Of a DNA stretch of 64,000 bases, positions 44,395-52,984 are shown piece by piece. This DNA is from Christensenellaceae bacterium (GTDB lineage: Bacteria; Bacillota; Clostridia; Christensenellales; Borkfalkiaceae): the NCBI GenBank assembly GCA_045637865.1, contig JAZUAF010000009.1, forward strand, positions 1,059 to 65,058. The letters are read 5' to 3'. Each line of letters begins with the position of its first letter. The first letter of the stretch is position 1. The position numbers were made by a program, and so were the translations under genes. The notes below the pieces were generated by a model. It was not told the DNA's origin and did no database searches. It saw only the letters and a program-made list of their open reading frames with translations.

Positions 44395-44928
44395 ATGAAA
44401 AGTAAACTACTTTCTATCTCGGCAATTAGTGCAGCGTTTTCTGCAATACTATTGACTATTGGGGCATACGTTTCTATGGCAGACTTGTTTTGCCTAGTAA
44501 TGGCTTCTGCGTGTGTTATGCTTCCACTTTATTATGATTCCTACAAGGCAAGCTTTTTAGCCTTTTTAGCTGGTGGGGTTATTGCGTTTATTTTTTCTGG
44601 ATTTAATCTTACGGCTATAGTTGTGCCGGCATATTTACTGTTTTTCGGTTGTTTTCCACTTGTAAAATGTTACGCAGAAAAAAGAAATATAAACAAGTGG
44701 TTGGCCTACATCATCGGGCTAGTTTGGTGTGTTATCGCAGTTTATGGTATGTATTTTTTCTACGTAAAAATAACTGGGCTGGAATTTACCCATCTGCCAC
44801 AATTTATAAATGATTATCTACTTCTTTTCGTTGGGATTGTCGGCTGTATTTTTTATGTTATTTATGAGAGATTTGTTGTCTCATTAAGGAAAATAATTGA
44901 TATCTATCTTAAAAAAATTATTAAGTAA
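44395..44928 (+). CDS. Polytopic membrane protein (177 aa), function unknown
   Basis: It has 5-6 hydrophobic helices. ATG 44395 lies 2 nt after the J-like gene stop. The track ORF start at 44377 would overlap that gene. Confidence 0.5.
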   Translation: MKSKLLSISAISAAFSAILLTIGAYVSMADLFCLVMASACVMLPLYYDSYKASFLAFLAGGVIAFIFSGFNLTAIVVPAYLLFFGCFPLVKCYAEKRNINKWLAYIIGLVWCVIAVYGMYFFYVKITGLEFTHLPQFINDYLLLFVGIVGCIFYVIYERFVVSLRKIIDIYLKKIIK

Positions 44929-44930
44929 TT

Positions 44931-46331
44931 ATGGTTAAGAACGAAGAAAAAACTGGAGTAGTTATATCCGTCGGCATGAATGGCGAAGGAATTTTGAAGG
45001 ACGAAGATATCGTTATCTTTGTCCCTTTTGCTTTGCAGGGTGAAAAAATTAGGTATAAAATACTTAAGGTTACAAAAAAGTGTGCGTACGGTAAACTTTT
45101 AGAGGTTATAACTCCTGCCGAGGAAAGAGTTAGACCAAAGTGTTCGGTTTTTACTAAGTGTGGTGGATGTCAGCTTCAGCACTTAAAATATCCAGCTCAA
45201 CTTTCCGTTAAGGAAAAGAACATAAAAACCTGTTTTAAGAAAATTGCAGGAATTGACGTTGAGGTTAAACCTGCCGTTAGGGGAGATGATGAATATTTTT
45301 ACAGGAACAAGCTTCAACTCCCGGTAGCGCAGGGTGAAGATGGGGCAATTATCGGGTTCTATGCTGAAAATTCACACAGAGTTATTCCTATTAGTGATTG
45401 TGCAATTAACGGTGTGTGGGCAAAAAACGTTATTAAAGCGTTTAAGGTTTATTTTGAGCGCTATGGAATTAAGGGCTATGATGAGGCTACGCATTCCGGA
45501 GAGATAAGGGAAATTACAGCAAAGGAAATTGGTGGAAAGCTTATCGTAACCGTAGTTACCTTGGATAATTGTTTGCCTTGTAAGAGCGAGCTAATTGAAA
45601 TACTAAAGAGCGAAATTCCAAACGAGTTTTCTCTCTATCAAAATATAAATTCTTGCAAAACCAACGTGATTTATGGTGAAGAATTCAAGCTCTTATATGG
45701 CGAAGGCGAGTATGCTTCGGAAATGTTTGGCATCAATTATAAAATTGGTGTAAGGAGTTTTATGCAAGTAAACCCCTCGGTTTGCGCAAAGCTTTATCAC
45801 GCAGTGAAAGATTCGTTACTTCTTGATGAGGAAACCACCGTTATTGATGCATATAGTGGTGCAGGGTTGATGACTGCACTTCTTGCGACTTCGGCAAAGA
45901 AGGCTATTGGCGTTGAAATTATTAAAGAGGCTGTTGACATAGCAAACAAGCTTGCTAAGGACAATGGTTTGGAAGAGAAAATTACAAACTACTGTGGAAA
46001 GTGCGAAGAACTTCTTCCCTCGATTATAGAAGAGGAAAGAAAAAAGGGCAAGGTTGCAGTCGTTTTGGACCCACCGAGAAAGGGTGTGGATATTAAAGTT
46101 ATAAAGACTGTGCAAAGTAGTGAGGCTGATAGGATAGCGTACGTTTCCTGTTTACCTTCAAGCCTAGCAAGGGATATAGGACTTTTGGTCGGAACGCTTG
46201 AAGAGAAAAACGGTGAAATAGTTAGGGTGGAAAACCCAATTATAAGATACGATATCGAGCTTGTTAAACCGTTTGATATGTTTGCTCAAACCAAGCACGT
46301 CGAGACTCTAGTCGTCTTGCAACGAAGATAA
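44931..46331 (+). CDS. 23S rRNA (uracil-C5)-methyltransferase RlmD/RumA family
   Basis: It has an N-terminal TRAM-like domain, the Fe-S Cys cluster CSVFTKCGGCQLQH, a SAM-binding AYSGAGL block, and a conserved C-terminal catalytic Cys context (YVSCLPSSLARD). Confidence 0.85.
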   Translation: MVKNEEKTGVVISVGMNGEGILKDEDIVIFVPFALQGEKIRYKILKVTKKCAYGKLLEVITPAEERVRPKCSVFTKCGGCQLQHLKYPAQLSVKEKNIKTCFKKIAGIDVEVKPAVRGDDEYFYRNKLQLPVAQGEDGAIIGFYAENSHRVIPISDCAINGVWAKNVIKAFKVYFERYGIKGYDEATHSGEIREITAKEIGGKLIVTVVTLDNCLPCKSELIEILKSEIPNEFSLYQNINSCKTNVIYGEEFKLLYGEGEYASEMFGINYKIGVRSFMQVNPSVCAKLYHAVKDSLLLDEETTVIDAYSGAGLMTALLATSAKKAIGVEIIKEAVDIANKLAKDNGLEEKITNYCGKCEELLPSIIEEERKKGKVAVVLDPPRKGVDIKVIKTVQSSEADRIAYVSCLPSSLARDIGLLVGTLEEKNGEIVRVENPIIRYDIELVKPFDMFAQTKHVETLVVLQRR

Positions 46332-46393
46332 ACGAAAGAAGCAAAGCATAGAAAAATTTTCAATGATGCTGGTTAATTTTGGAGAAAAGAGGA

Positions 46394-46850
46394 ATGCATG
46401 AAACAAAAAAAGAATGTTCTTTAGACGGCATTAAAGGTGTTGCTGCGTTTGTTATAGCTTTTCTCTGCATTATCAATATTTTGGCGTGACTGGTCAAGCA
46501 TCTCCACTATATTCGATATTTCAATTATCTTATGACGTGGGATGGATTATGGTTGAGTTGTTTTTCATGCTGTCAGGTCTTGGTATGATGATTGGCTACA
46601 AGAAGAAAATCAGTGAAGAAAAACTTTCCTTTTGTTGCATTTCCCTGTGCAGTGTGCAATAAGGGTTTTGGACATTGCATTTGGATGGAATTTAGATTAT
46701 GCGTCTATACTGATTTGGTTAATGTATATATTGGCAGTTTTCATTATAGCCATAGTAAACCGTTTGGTGTTTTCACGCATTTGGCAAAAACTTTTCGACA
46801 ATATTGTAAAATCGTTTACAAAGCCAAAAGCTGATAGCTCAAATGAGTAA
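46394..46850 (+). pseudogene. Decayed acyltransferase-3 (OafA-like) family gene: frameshifted and internally deleted
   Basis: RBS plus ATG 46394 gives MHETKKECSLDGIKGVAAFVIAFL, then a stop at 46487. The family-typical continuation HYQYFG...VELFFMLSGLGMMIGYKKK is in another frame (from 46468). A C-terminal TM segment (46632-46850) is in the third frame. The total length is about 450 nt versus about 1 kb expected. Confidence 0.65.
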
Positions 46851-46875
46851 ATCTAAATAAGAGAGAAAAACAATG

Positions 46876-46911
46876 AATAAAGATAGCTTGTTCGTTTAAC
46901 CTATCTTTATT
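46876..46911. other. 11-bp perfect hairpin between the pseudogene and the downstream operon
   Basis: AATAAAGATAG (46876-46886) / CTATCTTTATT (46901-46911) with a 14-nt loop. No clear U-tract. Confidence 0.5.
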
Positions 46912-46931
46912 CTAACAAAAGGAGAGAGAAA

Positions 46932-47573
46932 TTGAAAGCTAAAACAATTTTATTTGACTTTGACGGAACGCTTGTCGATTCTATGCCGACTTTTGTATCG
47001 GTTATGCTTCGTCTTCTTGACGAGTATGATATAAAATATAGTGATGATATTGTTAAAATAATCACACCTCTAGGGTATCACGGCACGGCAAAATATTTTC
47101 AAGGCTTAGGCATATCTATGCCGACAGATGAATTAATAGAGAAAATGATTAGCTGTGCCCTTGGAGACTACCAAAATAAAATATTAGCAAAAGAGGGCGT
47201 TTTGGAGACGTTAAGGTCGTTAAAAAGCCGTGGAGTTTCCCTAAACGTGCTTACTGCAAGTCCACACGTTATACTTGACCCTTGCCTTAAAAGACTTGGG
47301 CTGTGGGAATTGTTTGATAACGTTTGGTCGTGCGATGATTTTAACACCACTAAATCAAACCCCGAGATATATAAAATGGCTTCAGCAAAATTGGGGCGTA
47401 TGGTTGAAGAAGTTATATTTGTTGATGACAATACTAACGCAGTTAAAACGGCAAAGCTTGCAGGAATGAGAGTATACGGCATATTCGACGAGTCATCTGC
47501 AGAATATGAAATGGAGATGAGAGAGGTGTCTGACCGTTATATTAAAAGGTTTAGCGAACTTTTAGAGGAGTAA
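46932..47573 (+). CDS. HAD-IA family phosphatase
   Basis: TTG start after AAGGAGAG. Motif I is LFDFDGTLVDS, motif II LTAS, and motif IV FVDDN. Confidence 0.8.
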   Translation: MKAKTILFDFDGTLVDSMPTFVSVMLRLLDEYDIKYSDDIVKIITPLGYHGTAKYFQGLGISMPTDELIEKMISCALGDYQNKILAKEGVLETLRSLKSRGVSLNVLTASPHVILDPCLKRLGLWELFDNVWSCDDFNTTKSNPEIYKMASAKLGRMVEEVIFVDDNTNAVKTAKLAGMRVYGIFDESSAEYEMEMREVSDRYIKRFSELLEE

Positions 47574-47576
47574 ATT

Positions 47577-47819
47577 ATGGACAAAAAGAATTTGCTTAAG
47601 TTTTCCTTAATTACGGCAATTATCGGTGTGATAGTTTTAGTGATAGCTTACTTTTTCTTTCACTTCGTTACTGACGAGGGGATTGCTTTAGTGTGGCATC
47701 CAGAGGCTGGAAAACCCTTTATTAGCGAACTTATCGGTACTTTTGGAGTACTGTTTCTATGGGCAAGCGCTATAAGTCTTATAGCATCCTTTGTTTTCTT
47801 TAATAAAAAGGATGAATAA
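47577..47819 (+). CDS. Small two-helix membrane protein (80 aa)
   Basis: It has two hydrophobic segments. An RBS GGAG is present, and it sits 3 nt after the HAD gene and 2 nt before the next gene. Confidence 0.45.
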   Translation: MDKKNLLKFSLITAIIGVIVLVIAYFFFHFVTDEGIALVWHPEAGKPFISELIGTFGVLFLWASAISLIASFVFFNKKDE

Positions 47820-47821
47820 TA

Positions 47822-48595
47822 ATGAAAGCTTTTTGTTTTACCGTTGACGATAATATCCGTTTCTTAAAGGATATAAAGGATTGTGGGGCAGATAGCCTTT
47901 TTAACAATCCTTACCTTGCGCTATATAAACGCTTGCATTGTCGTTACGGAATAAAAGTACAACTTAATCTATTTTATGAAACTGAAGATTTTAATCTTTC
48001 CGATTTCCCCGATAAATACAAAAAAGAATGGGAGGAAAATTCAGATTGGCTAAATCTTTCCTTTCACGCGAGAAGTGGAAGAAGCAGAATATACGAATTT
48101 TCTGGTTATGAAGAAGTTTATAATGATTGCCAAAAAGTTAATAGTGAAATAGTTCGCTTTGCTTCGCCTAAAAATCTTGCAAAAACTTCTACCATTCACT
48201 ATTGTATGCTAACTAAAGAGGGAATAAATGCGTTAAAAGATAACGGTGTTATCGCTCTTTTAGGGCTCTATGGGGAGGGGCGAGTCTCTTATCAAAACAC
48301 TGCCGACGAGATAGAACTTCTAAGGCGTGGAGAATTGGTTAGGGGCGATGAGATGAGTTATTCTGGCATAGATATCGTGCTTAACGCTCATTCTAAAGAA
48401 GAAAATCTTAAAAAGCTAAACGAACTTTTGTGCCGTGATTTTATAAAGGTGATGATTCACGAGCAGTATTTTTATAAAGATTACAAAAATTATCAAGCTG
48501 ATTTTAGCGAAAAGCTTGACGAAGTGTTTAGGGTTCTAACGGAAAAGGGATATAAAAGTATTTTTTTTGAAGAAAAATTGAAAAATTTGTTATGA
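47822..48595 (+). CDS. Hypothetical protein (257 aa), possibly a deacetylase-like beta/alpha barrel
   Basis: The N-terminal FTVDDN resembles the NodB TFDD motif, with later SFHA and IHEQYF blocks. The assignment is weak. Confidence 0.45.
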   Translation: MKAFCFTVDDNIRFLKDIKDCGADSLFNNPYLALYKRLHCRYGIKVQLNLFYETEDFNLSDFPDKYKKEWEENSDWLNLSFHARSGRSRIYEFSGYEEVYNDCQKVNSEIVRFASPKNLAKTSTIHYCMLTKEGINALKDNGVIALLGLYGEGRVSYQNTADEIELLRRGELVRGDEMSYSGIDIVLNAHSKEENLKKLNELLCRDFIKVMIHEQYFYKDYKNYQADFSEKLDEVFRVLTEKGYKSIFFEEKLKNLL

Positions 48596-48990
48596 AAATT
48601 ATCGAATATAAAAATGAATTTGGCGAATATTCCTTCCCTGAAGGCTTTAGGGAAGTTTTAGAAGGTAAAAGCGTAGAAGAACAACTAAAATATTTTAGAA
48701 TTACGTTTATAAACTGGTATTACGATACTCCTTGGCAAGATAGAAGATATAGAAGGGGTTGCGTAAAAATTCAAGAAAACACCGACGTTAGAGCTATAAT
48801 CGTTGATAACGGCGTAATAGTAGGTGCAATGATAGAAAACGAATACTGCAAAGACGAGCCGTGCTTCATAGATTGTGGCGTTTGCACTTGGAGTGCATCG
48901 GACAACAACGGAGCTGGATATAAAGAGAGAATCGATTATGCTTTCTTTATGGCAGTTTCCGAAAATTTTGATGAAAACAAAGAAAACTAA
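48592..48990 (+). CDS. Hypothetical protein (132 aa)
   Basis: ATGA overlap with the upstream gene indicates translational coupling. I recognise no family. Confidence 0.45.
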   Translation: MKIIEYKNEFGEYSFPEGFREVLEGKSVEEQLKYFRITFINWYYDTPWQDRRYRRGCVKIQENTDVRAIIVDNGVIVGAMIENEYCKDEPCFIDCGVCTWSASDNNGAGYKERIDYAFFMAVSENFDENKEN

Positions 48991-49013
48991 AATTTAACTT
49001 GGGAGGAAGTTTT

Positions 49014-49727
49014 ATGTATATTTTATCAATTGGTAACAGTTTTTCACAGGATGCGCAGAAAAACCTTTATGAACTAGCAAAAAAAGAGGGCGTAGATATT
49101 ACTTCAGCTAACCTTTATATCGGAGGTTGTCCTTTAAGAATGCACTACCTTTGTGCTCTTAACGACTATAGAAAATACACCTTTGAGTTTAACGGGATGA
49201 ACACTAACTTAAACGTTTCTATAAGGGAAGCTTTAGAGAGTAGGGAATGGGATTACGTTACCGTTCAACAGGCGAGTCCCTTAAGTGGCAAGGAAGATAC
49301 CTATTTTCCATACCTAGAATTTATCGTGGAATACGTTAAAAAATATTGTCCCCACGCTAAGATTCTTGTTCATCAAACTTGGGCGTATGAAGAGGGTGCA
49401 GAAAAGGCTTTAACTCGTGCAGGTTTTGAAACGCCAGACCAAATGTACGACGCAGTTTTTAAGGCTTATAAATTGGCGACGAAAAAGATTAAAGCAGATG
49501 GAGTTATTCCTTGTGGAACGGTTATGTATAATCTTGCTAAAAAGGGTTTGAAGATGCATAGAGACGGCAAGCACGCATCTTTAGGTGTGGGGAGATATGC
49601 CCTTGCGCTCACTTGGTATAAAATGCTAACTGGAAACAATGTAATCGGCAACGATTACAATGGAATGGAAGAAGCAATAACAGAAGAAGAAAGAAAAATT
49701 ATTTTAGAAGAAGTTAATAAACTCTAA
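49014..49727 (+). CDS. DUF4886-like SGNH-type hydrolase
   Basis: ATG 49014 follows GGGAGGAAG. The N-terminal block is ILSIGNSFSQDA (SGNH block I-like). About 237 aa. Confidence 0.55.
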   Translation: MYILSIGNSFSQDAQKNLYELAKKEGVDITSANLYIGGCPLRMHYLCALNDYRKYTFEFNGMNTNLNVSIREALESREWDYVTVQQASPLSGKEDTYFPYLEFIVEYVKKYCPHAKILVHQTWAYEEGAEKALTRAGFETPDQMYDAVFKAYKLATKKIKADGVIPCGTVMYNLAKKGLKMHRDGKHASLGVGRYALALTWYKMLTGNNVIGNDYNGMEEAITEEERKIILEEVNKL

Positions 49728-49728
49728 T

Positions 49729-50844
49729 ATGGAGAATGTTATGGATTTTTTAAGGAGTTATCCCTCCGTTTGCGTAGTTGGTAACGAATATCAAATTATC
49801 GGTGGAATAAAGGAATTAGGTACGGTAGCCGTTGAGGTCGGTGGGGAGTATTATTATGAAGACAATTCTGGTGTTCTTCCGTGCACAAAAAACAACTATA
49901 AGATAAGTGTTCCTAGCCGTGTGCTTGATAAGGCTAAGGAATACGCAATCGTATATAAAAAGGTGATTGAAAAGAAAAAATATTTTTCCGTTGTTGATAG
50001 GGAAGTGAAACTTAATTTTAAGTTTAAACCTTTAGAAAAGCAGGATGATATTAATATTATTCACTTAGCAGACGTACATAAGCGTTTCGCTTTAGCAAAA
50101 GAAGTTGGCAAATATTTTGGGGATGAGATTGACCTTTTTGTAATAAATGGAGATATTGCAGAGGTTGATACCGATGAGGACTTCTTAGAGGTTTTAACGT
50201 TTATCGGGGAAGTTGGCAAGGGTGAAATTCCAATGGTTTTCTCTAGGGGAAATCACGATACTAGAGGAAAGCTTGCCGAGAAGTTTACCGATTATTTCCC
50301 TTCAGTAGGCAAAAACACCTATTTCAGTTTTGAAACAGGTTGCATTGGTGGTTTAGTTGTTGATGTTGGAGAGGATAAGCCTGATACTCACGAAGTATAT
50401 GCTGGCTTAAATGTTTTCGAGGGGTATAGAAGAAAACAAACTGCGTTCTTAAAATCAATAGCTAAAACCGACAAAAAATACTTTTTTGCAGTTAGCCATA
50501 TTCCATTTTGTAAAACCACGGTAAACAAGGGCGATGAATTCGACATAGAGAGAGATACCTATACTGTTTGGGGCGAAGAATTGAAAAGAATCGGCACTAA
50601 CTTTATGCTTTCTGGTCATCTTCACAGGGCGTTTATTCTAGAGGATGGTGACGAAAGTAAAACCTGTCCCTGTGAATTCCCGGTGATAGTTGGTTCTGCG
50701 CTTTTTAGACCGGAGGAGATTTTTTGGGGAGCGGCGATAACCCTTGCTAATAATTCTGCATTTGTTAAATTCGTAGACGATAAAAAACAAATAGTGCAAA
50801 GCTTTGTGATAGATTTGTCAAACGGAAGAATTGTTAAGGAGTAA
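49729..50844 (+). CDS. Calcineurin-like metallophosphoesterase with N-terminal extra domain
   Basis: Motifs HLADVH, NGDIAE, RGNHD and SGHLH are present. An alternative start is ATG 49741 (GGAGA RBS). Confidence 0.75.
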   Translation: MENVMDFLRSYPSVCVVGNEYQIIGGIKELGTVAVEVGGEYYYEDNSGVLPCTKNNYKISVPSRVLDKAKEYAIVYKKVIEKKKYFSVVDREVKLNFKFKPLEKQDDINIIHLADVHKRFALAKEVGKYFGDEIDLFVINGDIAEVDTDEDFLEVLTFIGEVGKGEIPMVFSRGNHDTRGKLAEKFTDYFPSVGKNTYFSFETGCIGGLVVDVGEDKPDTHEVYAGLNVFEGYRRKQTAFLKSIAKTDKKYFFAVSHIPFCKTTVNKGDEFDIERDTYTVWGEELKRIGTNFMLSGHLHRAFILEDGDESKTCPCEFPVIVGSALFRPEEIFWGAAITLANNSAFVKFVDDKKQIVQSFVIDLSNGRIVKE

Positions 50845-50846
50845 TT

Positions 50847-51248
50847 ATGGAAGGCCGAGTTATAATGGAGGAGGAAGCTTCGAAAATAAATAAGTTTCGT
50901 CTAGAAGCTTCGCCCTATGCCTATATTAAAATTGGCATATGGATAGTTATGAAGTGCAACTTTAACGATGAAAGGTTAATTGAGAACGTTTGTATCCCGG
51001 TGCAAGAGTTAGTTGATAACCCTATCGTATACTTAGATCTGTTTAACGTGAAGTGCAAGAATAAGCTTAAAAAAATTGCTTTTACAAGCCTTTCTAGTGA
51101 TAAGCTAACTGCTATAATAGACGACGGCGATAAAAAACAGTTATGTACTATAAACAGTGTAGGCCAGTATTTTACGGAAGATTATAATGAGACTATGCTG
51201 ATATCAGCACACGTAACGTTGCATAAAAACAAGGAGAATTGGTGGTAG
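50847..51248 (+). CDS. Hypothetical protein (133 aa)
   Basis: An AAGGAG RBS lies 5 nt upstream. It is tightly packed between the phosphoesterase and the C26 hydrolase. I recognise no family. Confidence 0.4.
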   Translation: MEGRVIMEEEASKINKFRLEASPYAYIKIGIWIVMKCNFNDERLIENVCIPVQELVDNPIVYLDLFNVKCKNKLKKIAFTSLSSDKLTAIIDDGDKKQLCTINSVGQYFTEDYNETMLISAHVTLHKNKENWW

Positions 51249-51958
51249 TGAAACCTGTAATTGGATTATTTTCAAAAATTGATAACGAAGAGTATAAGAG
51301 TGTGCTTTTGCCCGAAAATGCAGAGGCGATTGAGGTTGCCGGGGGACTTCCTATTCTTTTGCCTATGGTGGAGGACGATTCAACAATTGATAGCTTCATA
51401 GAGCTCTGTGATGGATTTTTCTTTACGGGTGGGTTTGATATTTCTCCTGAAAGATATGGTGAACAAATAAAACCTACCTGTGGTGAAATTGAACTAAAAA
51501 GAGACGAACTTGAATTTAGGGCTTTGGATAAAATAATTAAGACTGGTAAGCCTATTTTAGGCGTGTGCAGAGGGATGCAACTTATAAACGCTTATCTTGG
51601 AGGAACTTTATATCAAGATATTCCAACGGAGAGACCTTCAGAAATTAACCACCGTCAGCCTAGAGAGGATAGATACGTTATTACCCACGATATTTTAGTC
51701 GAGGACAATACTCCGTTAAAGGAAATTGTTAAGGTGGATAGAATAAAGGGAAACACCTTTCACCATCAATGTATAAAGACCTTGGGAGAAGGGCTAAAGC
51801 TTTCGGCTACTGCAGACGACGGAATAGTCGAGGGTTATTTCCACGCTACGCATCCCTATTTGGTCGGATATCAGTGGCACCCTGAAAGACTTGTTAAGCT
51901 TGACGATAATAATTTGAAAATTTTTAAGTCCTTTATCTCGGCTTGCAAAAAGAAATAA
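51248..51958 (+). CDS. Gamma-glutamyl hydrolase-type class I glutamine amidotransferase (peptidase C26, PuuD-like)
   Basis: It has the nucleophile elbow GVCRGMQLIN and later HHQ and QWHPE blocks. I preferred GTG 51248 (10 nt after AAGGAGA, TAGTG overlap) over the TTG at 51239. Confidence 0.8.
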   Translation: MKPVIGLFSKIDNEEYKSVLLPENAEAIEVAGGLPILLPMVEDDSTIDSFIELCDGFFFTGGFDISPERYGEQIKPTCGEIELKRDELEFRALDKIIKTGKPILGVCRGMQLINAYLGGTLYQDIPTERPSEINHRQPREDRYVITHDILVEDNTPLKEIVKVDRIKGNTFHHQCIKTLGEGLKLSATADDGIVEGYFHATHPYLVGYQWHPERLVKLDDNNLKIFKSFISACKKK

Positions 51959-51976
51959 AAAACTTATAAAAAATAA

Positions 51977-52010
51977 ACCTTCCTTTATGATATAAGGAGG
52001 GTTTTTCTTT
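51977..52010 (+). terminator. Intrinsic terminator after the 8-gene operon
   Basis: CCTTCCTT / AAGGAGGG hairpin (51978-52000, one G.U pair) followed by TTTTTCTTTTT. Confidence 0.7.
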
Positions 52011-52155
52011 TTAGTTAGCCTATTTTTTAAGAATAAAAACAGAAATACTGAAATAGATATATTAATGAGACTTATCAACATAAAAAATTAAAAAATAGTC
52101 AAAAATTGTGGACAACTAGGGCTAAAATAGAGAGTTATCCACAAAACGGAGAAAA

Positions 52156-52866
52156 ATGATAGTAATAAAAAAAAGAAGCCTTGTAATTATTTCCGTGCTG
52201 ATTTTAACGGTTGTAGCCTTTGCATTTTGTTTAAGCTCTATAAAAGGAGGAAGTGCGCTGAGCTCAGAACAGCCTAAGGTTAAAGTGGTTTTAGATGCTG
52301 GACACGGAGGAGTCGACGGTGGCGTTTCAGGTGCGAAAACAGGGATAAAGGAAAGTGTTCTCAATCTTTCAATAGTAAAAAAGCTGGAAAAATACTTGAT
52401 AGACGCTGGTTTTGAAGTTGTTTTAACTAGAAGCACGGACGCTGGACTTTATGGTATTGCAACAAAAAACCTTAAAAAGAAAGATATGCAAAAAAGGAGG
52501 GAAATTATATTAAATGCAGAACCCTCGGTCGTGGTGAGTGTGCACCTAAATAAATACAGTCTATCGTCAAGGAGAGGCGCGCAAATTTTCTTTAAGGAGG
52601 GGTGTTTAAACGGTAAAATTTTAGCTGAGAGTATTCAAAAGGCTTTCAACGAACTTCCCGAAAGTACTAGAGCTTTTTCACCCTTAAAGGGAGACTATTT
52701 TTTGCTTAACTGTAGTGAATACCCCTCGGTTATTGCTGAGTGTGGATTTTTATCTAACCCCGAGGAGGAGGCGTTGCTGATAACCGAAGAATATCAAGAT
52801 ACAATTGCCTACACGCTGTTTAAGGGAATAGTTGGTTACCTTGCAGAAACTTCATCAAAAACCTAG
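52156..52866 (+). CDS. cwlD: N-acetylmuramoyl-L-alanine amidase, CwlD-like (Amidase_3)
   Basis: It has an N-terminal membrane anchor and the blocks VVLDAGHGGVDGG, SVHLN and ECGFLSNPEE. Its size and architecture resemble the germination-specific CwlD. Confidence 0.75.
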   Translation: MIVIKKRSLVIISVLILTVVAFAFCLSSIKGGSALSSEQPKVKVVLDAGHGGVDGGVSGAKTGIKESVLNLSIVKKLEKYLIDAGFEVVLTRSTDAGLYGIATKNLKKKDMQKRREIILNAEPSVVVSVHLNKYSLSSRRGAQIFFKEGCLNGKILAESIQKAFNELPESTRAFSPLKGDYFLLNCSEYPSVIAECGFLSNPEEEALLITEEYQDTIAYTLFKGIVGYLAETSSKT

Positions 52867-52905
52867 TAATTATAGAAGAAAAAAAGCAAATATAATTATT
52901 TGTCA

Positions 52906-52933
52906 AAAGCCTGATATCTTTTCAGGCTTTTCT
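52906..52933 (+). terminator. Intrinsic terminator after cwlD
   Basis: AAAGCCTGA (52906-52914) / TCAGGCTTT (52922-52930) followed by a T-rich tail. Confidence 0.75.
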
Positions 52934-52934
52934 A

Positions 52935-52963
52935 TTGTAATTTTTAAAAAAATATTGTATAAT
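52935..52963 (+). promoter_or_regulatory. Sigma-A promoter of mrnC-rlmB-sigH
   Basis: TTGTAA (52935-52940), 17-nt spacer, TATAAT (52958-52963). Confidence 0.65.
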
Positions 52964-52984
52964 ATAGTGTAAGTTAGTGTAAAA

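Noticed and set aside
52081-52155. The two DnaA boxes as evidence of a replication origin.
   Set aside because: There are only two boxes, no dnaA/dnaN nearby, and no cluster of boxes or recognisable AT-rich unwinding repeats. I treat them as at most a regulatory site; see the low-interest finding.
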